DNA of 43,619 nucleotides from an uncultured Desulfurococcales archaeon (GTDB lineage: Archaea > Thermoproteota > Thermoprotei_A > Sulfolobales > Acidilobaceae). Position numbers and translations under genes: made by a program. Position 1 is the stretch's first letter. Each line of letters begins with the position of its first letter. The notes below the pieces were generated by a model that searched no databases, had not been told where the DNA came from, and saw only the letters and a program-made list of their open reading frames with translations. Shown here piece by piece: positions 9,794 through 18,678 of the stretch. Location: contig CAYFFY010000001.1 in the NCBI GenBank assembly GCA_964342635.1, positions 7,687-51,305 of the forward strand. Direction: 5' to 3'.

Positions 9794-10828
9794 ATGGGCA
9801 GGAGGGTCCTAAGGATAGGCAGACCCTTCCCCCTGATGGGTCACATAGCCTTTGGCGTCATAGAGAGGGGAACGAACGTAGTTCAAGTCAGGCCGTCAAC
9901 GCTGTGCTTTCACGACTGCGTGTTCTGCAGCGTTGACGCTGGCCCGTCCTCACGACACAGGAGGGCTGAGTACTTAGTTGATGACGTTGATTGGCTTGTG
10001 GAGTGGGTTGACGAGGTGGCAAGGGTTAAGGGAGGGAACGTCGAGGCGCTGATCGACGGGGTCGGTGAGCCGCTGACCAACCCACGAATAGTCGAGCTGG
10101 TCAGGAAGCTTAAGTCTATCAATGGAATCGAGAGGGTTGCTATTGAGACGCACGGGGGGAGCCTGTCCCTACCCCTCCTCAAGGCCCTTGACAGGGCCGG
10201 ACTTGACAGGGTAAACCTAAGCATAGACGCCTTCGAGCCTACCCTTGCAAGGAGGCTCGTTAACGCGGAATGGTACGACGTATCAAGGGTACTATCAGTT
10301 GTCGAGAGGGCCCTTCAGGAAACGAGTATAGACTTCGTGCTCACACCTGTCGTCGTCCCTGGCCTCAATGAGGACCAGATGAAGAGGCTCATAGCGTGGG
10401 CCAGGCACCACGGTCTGGGCAGGAGGTCAGGGTGGCCCAGTGGCGTCCTGGTACAAAAGTATGAGGTCCACAGATTCGGCAGGAGGCCTCGGGGTGTTAG
10501 GCCGTGGACATGGGATCGCTTCTACTCGTTCCTAAGGGGGCTGGAGGCCGAGACCGGCTACAGGCTGCTCCTCAGGCCCGAGGAGATAGGCATCAGGAGG
10601 GCCCCAAGGATCGAGAGGCCATACCGCAGAGGCGATGAGATGAGCCTGAGCGTGGCAGGCGAGGGCTGGCTGCGCGGCGAGCTTCTGGCCTCTGACACTA
10701 GCTGCCTTAGGTCTTTCTCCCTAATCGGTGTGAGGGGCGACGTCCCTGCAGGCTTCCTGGTCAGGGGCCTCATAATAAGGGATGAGGACAACATATACCT
10801 GGCCAGGCCCGTCGGCCCCCTAGCATAA
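9794..10828 (+). CDS. Radical SAM protein with C-terminal TRAM-like domain (archaeal, uncharacterised)
   Basis: CFHDCVFC (CxxxCxxC), IDGVGEP, beta-rich C-terminus; ATG at 9794 preferred over the overlapping TTG at 9752. Confidence 0.85.
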   Translation: MGRRVLRIGRPFPLMGHIAFGVIERGTNVVQVRPSTLCFHDCVFCSVDAGPSSRHRRAEYLVDDVDWLVEWVDEVARVKGGNVEALIDGVGEPLTNPRIVELVRKLKSINGIERVAIETHGGSLSLPLLKALDRAGLDRVNLSIDAFEPTLARRLVNAEWYDVSRVLSVVERALQETSIDFVLTPVVVPGLNEDQMKRLIAWARHHGLGRRSGWPSGVLVQKYEVHRFGRRPRGVRPWTWDRFYSFLRGLEAETGYRLLLRPEEIGIRRAPRIERPYRRGDEMSLSVAGEGWLRGELLASDTSCLRSFSLIGVRGDVPAGFLVRGLIIRDEDNIYLARPVGPLA

Positions 10829-10882
10829 ACCCAAGATAAAGCAGAAAAGGGGTTTTCAGATAATAGGCCCCGGCGGAAGCAC

Positions 10883-11158
10883 GTGGACTCCAGTGCAGAA
10901 GCCAAGGGCATCCACAAGAAGCTCTACAGGATATATTACACAACCTATGATGATGACGTTCACGCGAAGGTTATTGAGCTCCTCAAGTCAAAGTACGGCG
11001 TCATGCCGAGGGATGAGAAGTCGGTCGTGGTCCCTGAGTTCAGGTTTGTGGAACTTCCTCTTGACAAGGACGGCCTGAGCGAGGAGATAAAGGCCTTCGT
11101 CTCTGAGGTTGTCAGGTCGCAGTACGTCAAGGTTGACAGGATCGACACCTTGAGGTGA
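10883..11158 (+). CDS. Small hypothetical protein, probable ferredoxin-like fold (Cas2/VapD-like pattern)
   Basis: 91 aa, alternating beta/alpha pattern, ends 6 bp before ileS; the fold assignment is inference. Confidence 0.7.
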   Translation: MDSSAEAKGIHKKLYRIYYTTYDDDVHAKVIELLKSKYGVMPRDEKSVVVPEFRFVELPLDKDGLSEEIKAFVSEVVRSQYVKVDRIDTLR

Positions 11159-11164
11159 CGTTAC

Positions 11165-14100
11165 TTGAAGGTTTCGGACCTGCTAGCCAGCGACTCCAAT
11201 AAGGACCTTAGAGAGCTTGAGGACAACATCATAAGGTACTGGGACTCCAACGACGTTTACGAGAAGGTCAAGGCTAAGTCCAGGCAGAGCACTAGGAAGA
11301 TCTACTTCCTCGACGGTCCCCCTTACGCCAGCGCCTCCACGATACACATAGGCACCGCGTGGAACAAGGTGCTGAAGGACGCCCTCCTCAGGTACTACAG
11401 GATGTCAGGCTACAACGTCTGGGACAAGCCCGGCTATGACACCCATGGGCTCCCCATTGAGATACTCGTTGAGAAGCAGCTGGGGGTCAAGAACAAGAAG
11501 GACATCGAGGAAAGGGTTGGCATAGCCAACTTCATAAACGCCTGCCTCAGGCTTGTGGACCAGAACATCAAGGGCATGACCGAGAACTTCAAGCAGCTGG
11601 GCGTGTTCATGGACTGGGAGAACCCGTACGTAACGTATGACGACCGCTACATAGAGTCCGGCTGGTACCTAATCAAGAAGGCTCACGAGCAGGGCCTGCT
11701 GTACAGGAGCGGGAGGGTCCTCCACTGGTGCCCGCGCTGCGAGACCACGCTCGCCGACTACGAGGTCTCCGAGTACGTTGACCTAGAGGATCCCTCTATA
11801 TACGTCAAGTTCAGGGTTAGGAACAGTAAGGACACGTACCTTGTGATTTGGACTACAACCCCGTGGACCCTGCCAGCGAACGCCTTCGTGATGGCCCACC
11901 CCGACCTTGAGTACGCATACGTTGAGGCCAATGGAGAGAGGTACGTCATAGCCAAGGATAGGGTCGCCCAGGTCATGGAGGAGGTTGGCGTGAGGGAGTA
12001 CAGGGTCGTTTCACTCGTCAAGGGGAAAGAACTTGAGGGCCTGGGGTACGAGCACCCGCTCGAGGACCTGGTGCCGGCCCAGTCGATACTGAAGGGCTTT
12101 CACAGGGTCGTTATGGCGCCGGAGGCCGTAAGCGCCGCTGAGGGCACGGGGCTCGTGCACGCCGCACCCGGCCATGGAGACGTCGACTTCGAGGTAGGCT
12201 CCAGGCTCGGCGTGCCGCCCGTCAGCCTCGTCGATAACCATGGCAGGATGACGGACCAGGCAGGTAAGTACGAAGGCCTTTACTTCAGGTCTGAGGCAAA
12301 CGATGCCATAGTTAAGGACCTGGCGGAGAGGGGGGCCCTGCTGCACGCCGGGAAGGTCGTCCACAAGTACCCCGTCTGCTGGAGGTGCAAGACGCCGCTC
12401 GTGCTCAGGGTGACGGACCAGTGGTTCATAGCGGTCAGCAGGCTAAAGGATGTGCTGGCCCGCGAGGTTGAGTCAGCCGAGTGGGTACCCTCGTGGGCCA
12501 AGTCGCGCATACTCTCCATGGTAAACAACGTTAGAGACTGGGTCATAAGCAGGCAGAGGTACTGGGGTATACCGTTGCCAATATGGGTGTGTGAGTCATG
12601 CGGCCACGTTGAGGTAGCCGGGAGCGTTGACGATGTAGAGAGGCTGGGCGGCGACAGGCCTCGGTCCCTTCACAGACCGTGGGTCGACGAGGTCAAGCTG
12701 AGGTGCCCTAAATGCGGAGGAGTAATGAGAAGGGTGCAGGACGTCGCCGACGTATGGTTCGACAGCGGCATAGCCTTCTACGCCAGCCTAGGGTACCCGG
12801 CCGACAAGAAGAAGTTCGACGAGCTCATGCCCGTTGACTTCATAGTGGAGGGCCATGACCAGCTAAGGGGCTGGTTCTTCAGCCTCCTCAGAGCCGGTGT
12901 CATAGGGTTTGGGAGGACCCCATATCGCAGGGTCCTGATTCACGGCTTCGTGCTCGACGAGCAGGGTAGGGAGATGCACAAGTCGCTAGGGAACTACGTT
13001 GCCTTTGAGGACGTCATAGCCAAGTACCCAAGGGACGTCGTAAGGCTCTACGTGTTAAGGAACACCACCTGGGAGGACCTCAGGTTCTCGTGGCGTAACC
13101 TGGAGCAGACTGCCAGGGACTTCACGATAATGAGGAATGTCTTCACGTTTGCAGGCCTCTACATGAGCCTTGACGGCTTTGACCCTGAGGCCGTTAAACT
13201 GGAGTCTATAAGGGACTTCCTCGAGCCGGAGGACCTGTGGCTCCTGTCGAGGGTCAACAGCGCGCACAGGGACTACCGTAAGGCCTTTGAGAGGCTCGAG
13301 GTTCACGAGGCCGCGAAGGTCGTGAGGGACCTTATAGTTGAGGACATAAGCAGGTGGTACGTCAGGCTGATAAGGCGCAGGGTCTGGCAGGAGGAGGACA
13401 CCCCAAGCAAGAGGGCCGCTTACTTCACCCTCTACTACGCCCTCAGGAGGTGGCTCGCCATGGCGGCACCGCTGATGCCTTTCCTGGCAGAGTACCTGTA
13501 CCAGGGCCTCATCAGGCCCGCAGAGGCCGGCGCCCCCGAGAGCGTCCACCTCCTTGACATGTCTGAGCCCGATGAGGGCCTGGTAGACCCAGAGCTCGAG
13601 AGACAGATGGACGTTATACGCAGTATTGTCGAGGCTGCCGTCTCCGCCAGGGCTAGGGCTGGGATAAAGCTGAGGAGGCCCCTCAGAACGCTATACGTTG
13701 TACCGCTTACCGACGAGGTTGGCAGGGCCGTGCAGAGACTTGTCAACGCGCTGATTACCGCAGCCAACGTGAAGGAGGTCAAGTTCGCCCAGGCCGAGTT
13801 CCTTGAGAACTTGAGGGTCTACAGGGTAGAGCCCAACTACGGCACCCTTGGACCCGACTTCAAGAGGCTCGCCCAGGCCATAGTTAAGGCGCTTACCGAG
13901 AAGCAGGAGGAGGCAGCAAGGGAGCTCCTAAGCAAGGGCGTATATGAGGTGGTTGTGGATGGACGCCCTGTACGGGTTGAGCCCAGGCACGTGAAGATCG
14001 TCGCAACTTACCCGGAGTGGCTCGAGGTTATTGAGACGAAGTACGGCCTTGTGGCCCTAGACAAGAGGGTCAGCGAGGAGGAGCAGACAGAGGGGATAGC

Positions 14101-14356
14101 GAGGGAGGTCGTTCGCAGGATCCAGTTCATGAGGAAGAGGCTCTCCCTGCCAATTGACGCCTACATCGACGTATGGGTCATAGGGGACGACGAGCTGGTC
14201 CAGGCTATAAAGTCTAAAGAGTATTACGTTAAGAGTGAGACAAGGGCGCTGGGCCTGGCCTATGCGGAGCCCCCAGCCGGGACATACGTGGAGAACTGGG
14301 AGGTCGACGAGAAACGGCTGAAGATAGGGATAACGAAAAGGGAGGAGAAAGGTTAA
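11165..14356 (+). CDS. ileS: Isoleucine--tRNA ligase
   Basis: DGPPYA...HIGT (HIGH), [45 protein letters not shown] (KMSKS). Confidence 0.98.
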   Translation: MKVSDLLASDSNKDLRELEDNIIRYWDSNDVYEKVKAKSRQSTRKIYFLDGPPYASASTIHIGTAWNKVLKDALLRYYRMSGYNVWDKPGYDTHGLPIEILVEKQLGVKNKKDIEERVGIANFINACLRLVDQNIKGMTENFKQLGVFMDWENPYVTYDDRYIESGWYLIKKAHEQGLLYRSGRVLHWCPRCETTLADYEVSEYVDLEDPSIYVKFRVRNSKDTYLVIWTTTPWTLPANAFVMAHPDLEYAYVEANGERYVIAKDRVAQVMEEVGVREYRVVSLVKGKELEGLGYEHPLEDLVPAQSILKGFHRVVMAPEAVSAAEGTGLVHAAPGHGDVDFEVGSRLGVPPVSLVDNHGRMTDQAGKYEGLYFRSEANDAIVKDLAERGALLHAGKVVHKYPVCWRCKTPLVLRVTDQWFIAVSRLKDVLAREVESAEWVPSWAKSRILSMVNNVRDWVISRQRYWGIPLPIWVCESCGHVEVAGSVDDVERLGGDRPRSLHRPWVDEVKLRCPKCGGVMRRVQDVADVWFDSGIAFYASLGYPADKKKFDELMPVDFIVEGHDQLRGWFFSLLRAGVIGFGRTPYRRVLIHGFVLDEQGREMHKSLGNYVAFEDVIAKYPRDVVRLYVLRNTTWEDLRFSWRNLEQTARDFTIMRNVFTFAGLYMSLDGFDPEAVKLESIRDFLEPEDLWLLSRVNSAHRDYRKAFERLEVHEAAKVVRDLIVEDISRWYVRLIRRRVWQEEDTPSKRAAYFTLYYALRRWLAMAAPLMPFLAEYLYQGLIRPAEAGAPESVHLLDMSEPDEGLVDPELERQMDVIRSIVEAAVSARARAGIKLRRPLRTLYVVPLTDEVGRAVQRLVNALITAANVKEVKFAQAEFLENLRVYRVEPNYGTLGPDFKRLAQAIVKALTEKQEEAARELLSKGVYEVVVDGRPVRVEPRHVKIVATYPEWLEVIETKYGLVALDKRVSEEEQTEGIAREVVRRIQFMRKRLSLPIDAYIDVWVIGDDELVQAIKSKEYYVKSETRALGLAYAEPPAGTYVENWEVDEKRLKIGITKREEKG

Positions 14357-14358
14357 CA

Positions 14359-14982
14359 ATTTTCCCCAGCGAGATCCACACCTACGCCTACTGCCCGCGG
14401 ATGGCCTTCTTTGAGCTACACTTAGGGAGGCCGAGGGGCCTCAGGGAGAGGCTCAGGCTCCTTCTCGGCAGGCTGTTTCACGCGACGTTCTTCGTGAGTG
14501 ATAGGCTAAGGGGGCTCTCAAGGGAGGAGCCGGTCAGCCTTGAGGTAGGTAAAGACGTCATGCTTAGGGGGAGGGCTGACGCCCTTGTGATAGAGAGAGA
14601 CGTCGCAAAGGTTATAGAGAGGAAAAGCAGCAGGCCCCCGAGGAGGGGGGCCTGGGCAAGCGACGTGCTTCAGGCGTCCGCCTACGGCTTCATCCTGCTT
14701 AGGGGGAAGGGCCTGTCAGAGGTCTCGCTCGAGCTGAGGTACCCCACCGTCACAAGGGTCTTTAAGATGGACGAAAGGATAACGTCGACGCTGTTGATGG
14801 CTATTGACGACCTGATACTAGTGAAGAGACACGGCATAGTACCCGCCGCCAAGAGAGGGCCCCGCTGCAACAGGTGCCCATACAGGGACGTGTGCCTCAG
14901 GCTTGACGAGGAGCTGAAGCCTGACGAGGGCGAGGTGTTCGAGCCGGGCTCCTGGCTAAGGGAGCTCAACGTGTTAGAGTAG
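14359..14982 (+). CDS. cas4: Solo Cas4-family (PD-(D/E)XK, 4Fe-4S) nuclease; start extended upstream of the ORF-track ATG at 14401
   Basis: In-frame upstream IFPSEIHTYAYCPR; G..FH, LRGRAD, IERK, QASAY, CNRCPYRDVC; exact start codon uncertain. Confidence 0.85.
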   Translation: MFPSEIHTYAYCPRMAFFELHLGRPRGLRERLRLLLGRLFHATFFVSDRLRGLSREEPVSLEVGKDVMLRGRADALVIERDVAKVIERKSSRPPRRGAWASDVLQASAYGFILLRGKGLSEVSLELRYPTVTRVFKMDERITSTLLMAIDDLILVKRHGIVPAAKRGPRCNRCPYRDVCLRLDEELKPDEGEVFEPGSWLRELNVLE

Positions 14983-14993
14983 GGTTTCAGCGA

Positions 14994-15024
14994 TTTTAAT
15001 CCTAAGCAACCTTTGGTACTTAGG
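14994..15024 (+). promoter_or_regulatory. TATA-like box plus inverted repeat upstream of argS
   Basis: TTTTAAT at 14994-15000, followed by CCTAAG-N12-CTTAGG. Confidence 0.45.
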
Positions 15025-15031
15025 CAGAGCC

Positions 15032-16942
15032 TTGGACCCGGTAACTAAGGCGTACCAGACCCTCGCCAAGGCCATATCTGATTCGCTTAACGTTGACGAG
15101 ACCTTGACCTTCTGGCACCTCATGGAGCCCGTCAAGGAGGAGTACGGGGACGCCGCTTTCCCCGCAATAAGGTACACGAAGAACCCTCGATCCCTCGTTG
15201 AGAGGCTGGAGGGGTCGCTGAGGGCGCAAGAGGGGCTAAACTACGTGGAGTTAAGGGAGGCAAGCGGCTTCGTGAACGTGAGGCTCGCAGGGGTACAGCT
15301 CGCCGAGGCAACCCTATCATGGATGAAATCGCATGGGACCCTTGAGGTCCCTCGCTCCGCTCAGGCCAAGACTATAGTGGTCGAGCACACTAGCGCTAAC
15401 CCAATTCACCCCCTCCACGTAGGCCACGCGAGGAACGCGTGCATCGGGGACGCGCTCTCCAGGCTCCTTGCAGCCCGAGGTCATAGTGTCCACAGGAGGT
15501 TCTATATAGACGACATGGGGAGGCAGGTCGCAATCGCAGCCCTTGGCTTTAAGCTGATAGGGGAGAGGCCCAGGTCGCTCGTCGAAAGGCTGAGGCTCAA
15601 GCCTGACAGGCTCGTCGGCTGGGTCTACGCCGTCACCAACACCGCTATTGACGCGGTTAAGGCCAGGGCGTCAAATAACGCAGAGGAGGCTGGGAAGCTG
15701 GCCGCCACGCTTTCCCGGCTGAGGCAGCAAGACCCAGGAGGCCTCTTCGATAGGCTCTACGACGCTATACTTTCTCTGAAGGACCCTGAAGCCGAGGTCG
15801 CCTCGATCAACGTGAGATATGAGCAGGGCCTTGATCCGGAAAAAGGCCTGATAAGGGAGCTCGTCGAGGTCGTCCTTGAAGGCTTCAGGCAGACCTTAGA
15901 CAGGATCGGCGTCCACTTTGACTTCTGGGACTGGGAAAGCGACATGGTGTGGAGCGGCGCCGTCAGGAGACTGGTAGAGCAGGCCAGGACGAGCAGGTTC
16001 TTCACGAGGCACAAGGACGCAGACGCCATAGATGTCCCGGCCGTCATAGCTAACGTGCTAGCCTCCGATAAGGAGGCCGCGGCCAAGATCCAGATTCCCA
16101 AAGGACTTGAGATCCCGCCCCTCATACTGCTCCGGAGCGACGGGTCCACGCTATACACGACCAGGGACATGGCCTACAGCATCTACAAGTTTGAGACCTC
16201 AAAGGCGGACATTGTAATAAACGTAATAGGCGTTGACCAGAGGCTCCCCCAGCTTCAGCTGAGGCTTGCCCTACTGGGCCTCGGCTACAGGAAGGAGGCC
16301 CTGAACATGATACATTACGACTATGAGGTAGTGAGGCTGCCGACAGGGAGCATGCACGGAAGGAGGGGTGAGTACGTGACGCTAGATGAGGTCCTGGACT
16401 ACGTTAAGGCGAGGGCCTTCGAGGAGGTAAAGGCCAGGAACCCCGGGGCAGACGCTTCGTGGGCCGATAGGGTTGCTGAGGCCATAGCCGTCGGGGCTGT
16501 TAGGTTCACGATGGTGCAGGCCAGAGCCTCTAAGCCCCTAGTGTTCAACGTCGAGAAGGCGCTGAACCTGAAGGAGAGCAGCGGCCCATACCTTCAGTAC
16601 ACATTCGTCAGGGCCAACAACATACTTGAGAAGCACGGCCCGCTGGACCTGGACAGGGCAGACCCCTCGGCCATGAACGATAGCAGGAGGAGGCTGCTAA
16701 TCAAGGCCCTAAAGACCCCCCTCGTCATAGCCAAGGCCGCCGACGACCTAGCGCCTGAGGACCTCGTTGGACACCTAGTGGCCCTTGCCGACGAGTTCAA
16801 CACCTGGTACGAGGTCGACAGCGTTATTCACGAGCCCAACGTTGGGGCCAGGGAGCTGAAGGCCGTGATGACCCACGTGGTTAAGGAAGCCCTGAGGCTC
16901 GGCATGGAGACGCTCGGGGTACCCGTGCTTGCTAGGATGTGA
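15032..16942 (+). CDS. argS: Arginine--tRNA ligase
   Basis: VEHTSANPIHPLHVGHARN, RSDGSTLYTTRD, GPYLQY, DALR-type C-terminus. Confidence 0.97.
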   Translation: MDPVTKAYQTLAKAISDSLNVDETLTFWHLMEPVKEEYGDAAFPAIRYTKNPRSLVERLEGSLRAQEGLNYVELREASGFVNVRLAGVQLAEATLSWMKSHGTLEVPRSAQAKTIVVEHTSANPIHPLHVGHARNACIGDALSRLLAARGHSVHRRFYIDDMGRQVAIAALGFKLIGERPRSLVERLRLKPDRLVGWVYAVTNTAIDAVKARASNNAEEAGKLAATLSRLRQQDPGGLFDRLYDAILSLKDPEAEVASINVRYEQGLDPEKGLIRELVEVVLEGFRQTLDRIGVHFDFWDWESDMVWSGAVRRLVEQARTSRFFTRHKDADAIDVPAVIANVLASDKEAAAKIQIPKGLEIPPLILLRSDGSTLYTTRDMAYSIYKFETSKADIVINVIGVDQRLPQLQLRLALLGLGYRKEALNMIHYDYEVVRLPTGSMHGRRGEYVTLDEVLDYVKARAFEEVKARNPGADASWADRVAEAIAVGAVRFTMVQARASKPLVFNVEKALNLKESSGPYLQYTFVRANNILEKHGPLDLDRADPSAMNDSRRRLLIKALKTPLVIAKAADDLAPEDLVGHLVALADEFNTWYEVDSVIHEPNVGARELKAVMTHVVKEALRLGMETLGVPVLARM

Positions 16943-16948
16943 GGGACC

Positions 16949-17662
16949 ATGCCTTACCACATAGAGGCGGGCACGGTACCTGAGCGCTTCCTGATAACCG
17001 GGGACCCCGACAGGGCCACCATGTTCGCCCAGGAGCTTCTGTCAGGCTCCATGCTGTTATCTAGGTCTAGGGGCTTCATGGTCTACAGTGGTGTGTTCAA
17101 AGGGGTGCAGGTTGGGATCGCTTCCCACGGGATAGGCGGCCCAAGCGCCCTCATAGTAGTTGAGGAGCTCAGGCAGGCTGGAGCGAGGACCTTCATCAGG
17201 GTAGGGACCGCCGGCTCACTCATGGATGACCTTAGGGTAGGCGACGTTATCGTCGTCAAGGGGGCAGGCCTTACATGTGGGGGCGGAGGTCTTGGGCTCT
17301 ACTACCCACATGGGTTGTGCCCAACCCCATCCCCTGACCCTGAGCTTACGGTGCTCCTGCTGGACAGGGCTAGATCCCAGGGGCTTAGGCCGAGGCTCTC
17401 GCTCGCCTTCTCTAGCGATTCCTTCTACGCCGAGGACCCAGAGGCGGCCGAGAGGCTCAGGTCCCTTGGGTATCATGTTGTTGAGATGGAGTGCGCGGGC
17501 CTCCTATCGCTAGCGAACCTCAGGGGGCTGAGGGCGGCGTGCGCGCTAGTGGTTAGCAATAGGGTAGGCAAGCATGAGAGGGCTGAACCAGAGAGGCTTA
17601 AGCCATCCCTGGTCAGCGCTGCAACTGCGGCCCTTGACACGCTGACCCTAGTGAAGGCCTAG
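16949..17662 (+). CDS. Purine nucleoside/MTA phosphorylase (PNP/UDP family 1)
   Basis: GDPDRA, HGIGGPS, IRVGTAGSL, SDSFY, VEMECA. Confidence 0.92.
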   Translation: MPYHIEAGTVPERFLITGDPDRATMFAQELLSGSMLLSRSRGFMVYSGVFKGVQVGIASHGIGGPSALIVVEELRQAGARTFIRVGTAGSLMDDLRVGDVIVVKGAGLTCGGGGLGLYYPHGLCPTPSPDPELTVLLLDRARSQGLRPRLSLAFSSDSFYAEDPEAAERLRSLGYHVVEMECAGLLSLANLRGLRAACALVVSNRVGKHERAEPERLKPSLVSAATAALDTLTLVKA

Positions 17663-18562
17663 CTCCTCCCTCCTCACTATTATGGAGTCCTTGTGGAGGA
17701 GCTGCGAGTACTTCAGGACGATGGGCTGTCTCGGGCCTGGGACGACGAGGAAGCCCCCCCAGGTCCCGAGGATCTCGAGCTCCTTGCCCTCCAGCGCGGC
17801 GGGCTCTGCTGTCAGTGGCCTCTGGGGGACGTTAGCGGTCACGGTGAACATGTCCCCGCCCCAGCTCCCCCCAAGCTGCCTAGATGCCCTCTCAGCGGCC
17901 TCTGACAGCCTCACGGCCGAGAAGTAGAGGTCAAGGCCGAGGACCCACTTGTGCCTCCAGCTCTCGACGCCGATCCCCTGTCTTGAGAGCTCAAGCTCGG
18001 CCTTCCTGGCCTCATATAGGCTATCGGTCTCAATAAGCACCGTGGCAAGCAGGTGCGGCTGCTCGGCTATCCTCTCCAGGAGCCTGAACTTGCGCGTCGT
18101 GCCGACCTTGGGCTTATCGCTCCCAAAGTCGAGCATATAGACTACGTACTCCCCTCGGACGCTCTCGTCAATCTTCCTGCACGCCTCCAGGGCCATGGAT
18201 GACCTACTATCGAGGCACATCGTATAGACCGCCCTTTTCGACCTCCTGTGCTTTGAGCAGAACCCGTCCGCCTGAACCGTGCAGTAAAGCCTCTTGGTCG
18301 GATCGTCGGCCTCGTCGAGCGGTCCGTCGTGCCACTGACAGTAAGCGTTCCAGGGACCTGGGGCGATCCTAAGGCGGCCCTTGAACGGGAAGACGTCACT
18401 ATAGCCCTCGGGCTGCACCAGGAGGTATTCCAGCCTCGCCTCGTATAGCCTTACCTTGAACTCGCTGACCTTCGGTACTAGCAGAAACCCCCTCGACGGC
18501 TCCACCACCCTAGTCCCGTCCTCAACAACGGCCTGCTTGACGAGCCTCAACACGGCCCTCAA
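17648..18562 (-). CDS. DUF2797-like protein (Cys/His cluster plus GIY-YIG-like segment)
   Basis: Cys/His-rich region, then YVVYM...KVGTTR...RIAEQ and EAR.AE. Confidence 0.7.
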   Translation of the reverse strand: MRAVLRLVKQAVVEDGTRVVEPSRGFLLVPKVSEFKVRLYEARLEYLLVQPEGYSDVFPFKGRLRIAPGPWNAYCQWHDGPLDEADDPTKRLYCTVQADGFCSKHRRSKRAVYTMCLDSRSSMALEACRKIDESVRGEYVVYMLDFGSDKPKVGTTRKFRLLERIAEQPHLLATVLIETDSLYEARKAELELSRQGIGVESWRHKWVLGLDLYFSAVRLSEAAERASRQLGGSWGGDMFTVTANVPQRPLTAEPAALEGKELEILGTWGGFLVVPGPRQPIVLKYSQLLHKDSIIVRREELGLH

Positions 18563-18602
18563 CGGCCGCCCTTCACCGTCGGGCTCGCTAAGCCCTTCAA
18601 TG

Positions 18603-18647
18603 CTTATAAGGTGAGGTGCGTGAAGGGCCTGATGAGCTCTTTTTAAG
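18603..18647. promoter_or_regulatory. Divergent TATA boxes for DUF2797 and pheS
   Basis: Palindromic CTTATAAG at 18603-18610; TTTTTAAG at 18640-18647, about 32 bp before the ATG at 18679. Confidence 0.5.
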
Positions 18648-18678
18648 CCTAGCTAGTGGCAAACGATGCGAATGCTCA

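Noticed and set aside
14330-14356. Canonical -1 slippery site producing an IleRS-Cas4 fusion
   Set aside because: No X-XXY-YYZ heptamer in the ileS frame; kept only as a minor alternative
10829-15031. CRISPR array or cas operon near the Cas4 and Cas2-like genes
   Set aside because: No direct repeats with spacers and no cas1 or effector genes seen; intergenics are too short for an array
18629-18678. TGATGA C-box-like motif upstream of pheS
   Set aside because: No proper CTGA D box at the expected distance; overlaps the pheS TATA box
18616-18678. Longest-ORF N-terminal extensions for pheS (and similarly fni, gltX, the radical SAM protein and the APC permease)
   Set aside because: They overlap TATA boxes or neighbouring genes; downstream starts fit the promoter/SD geometry better
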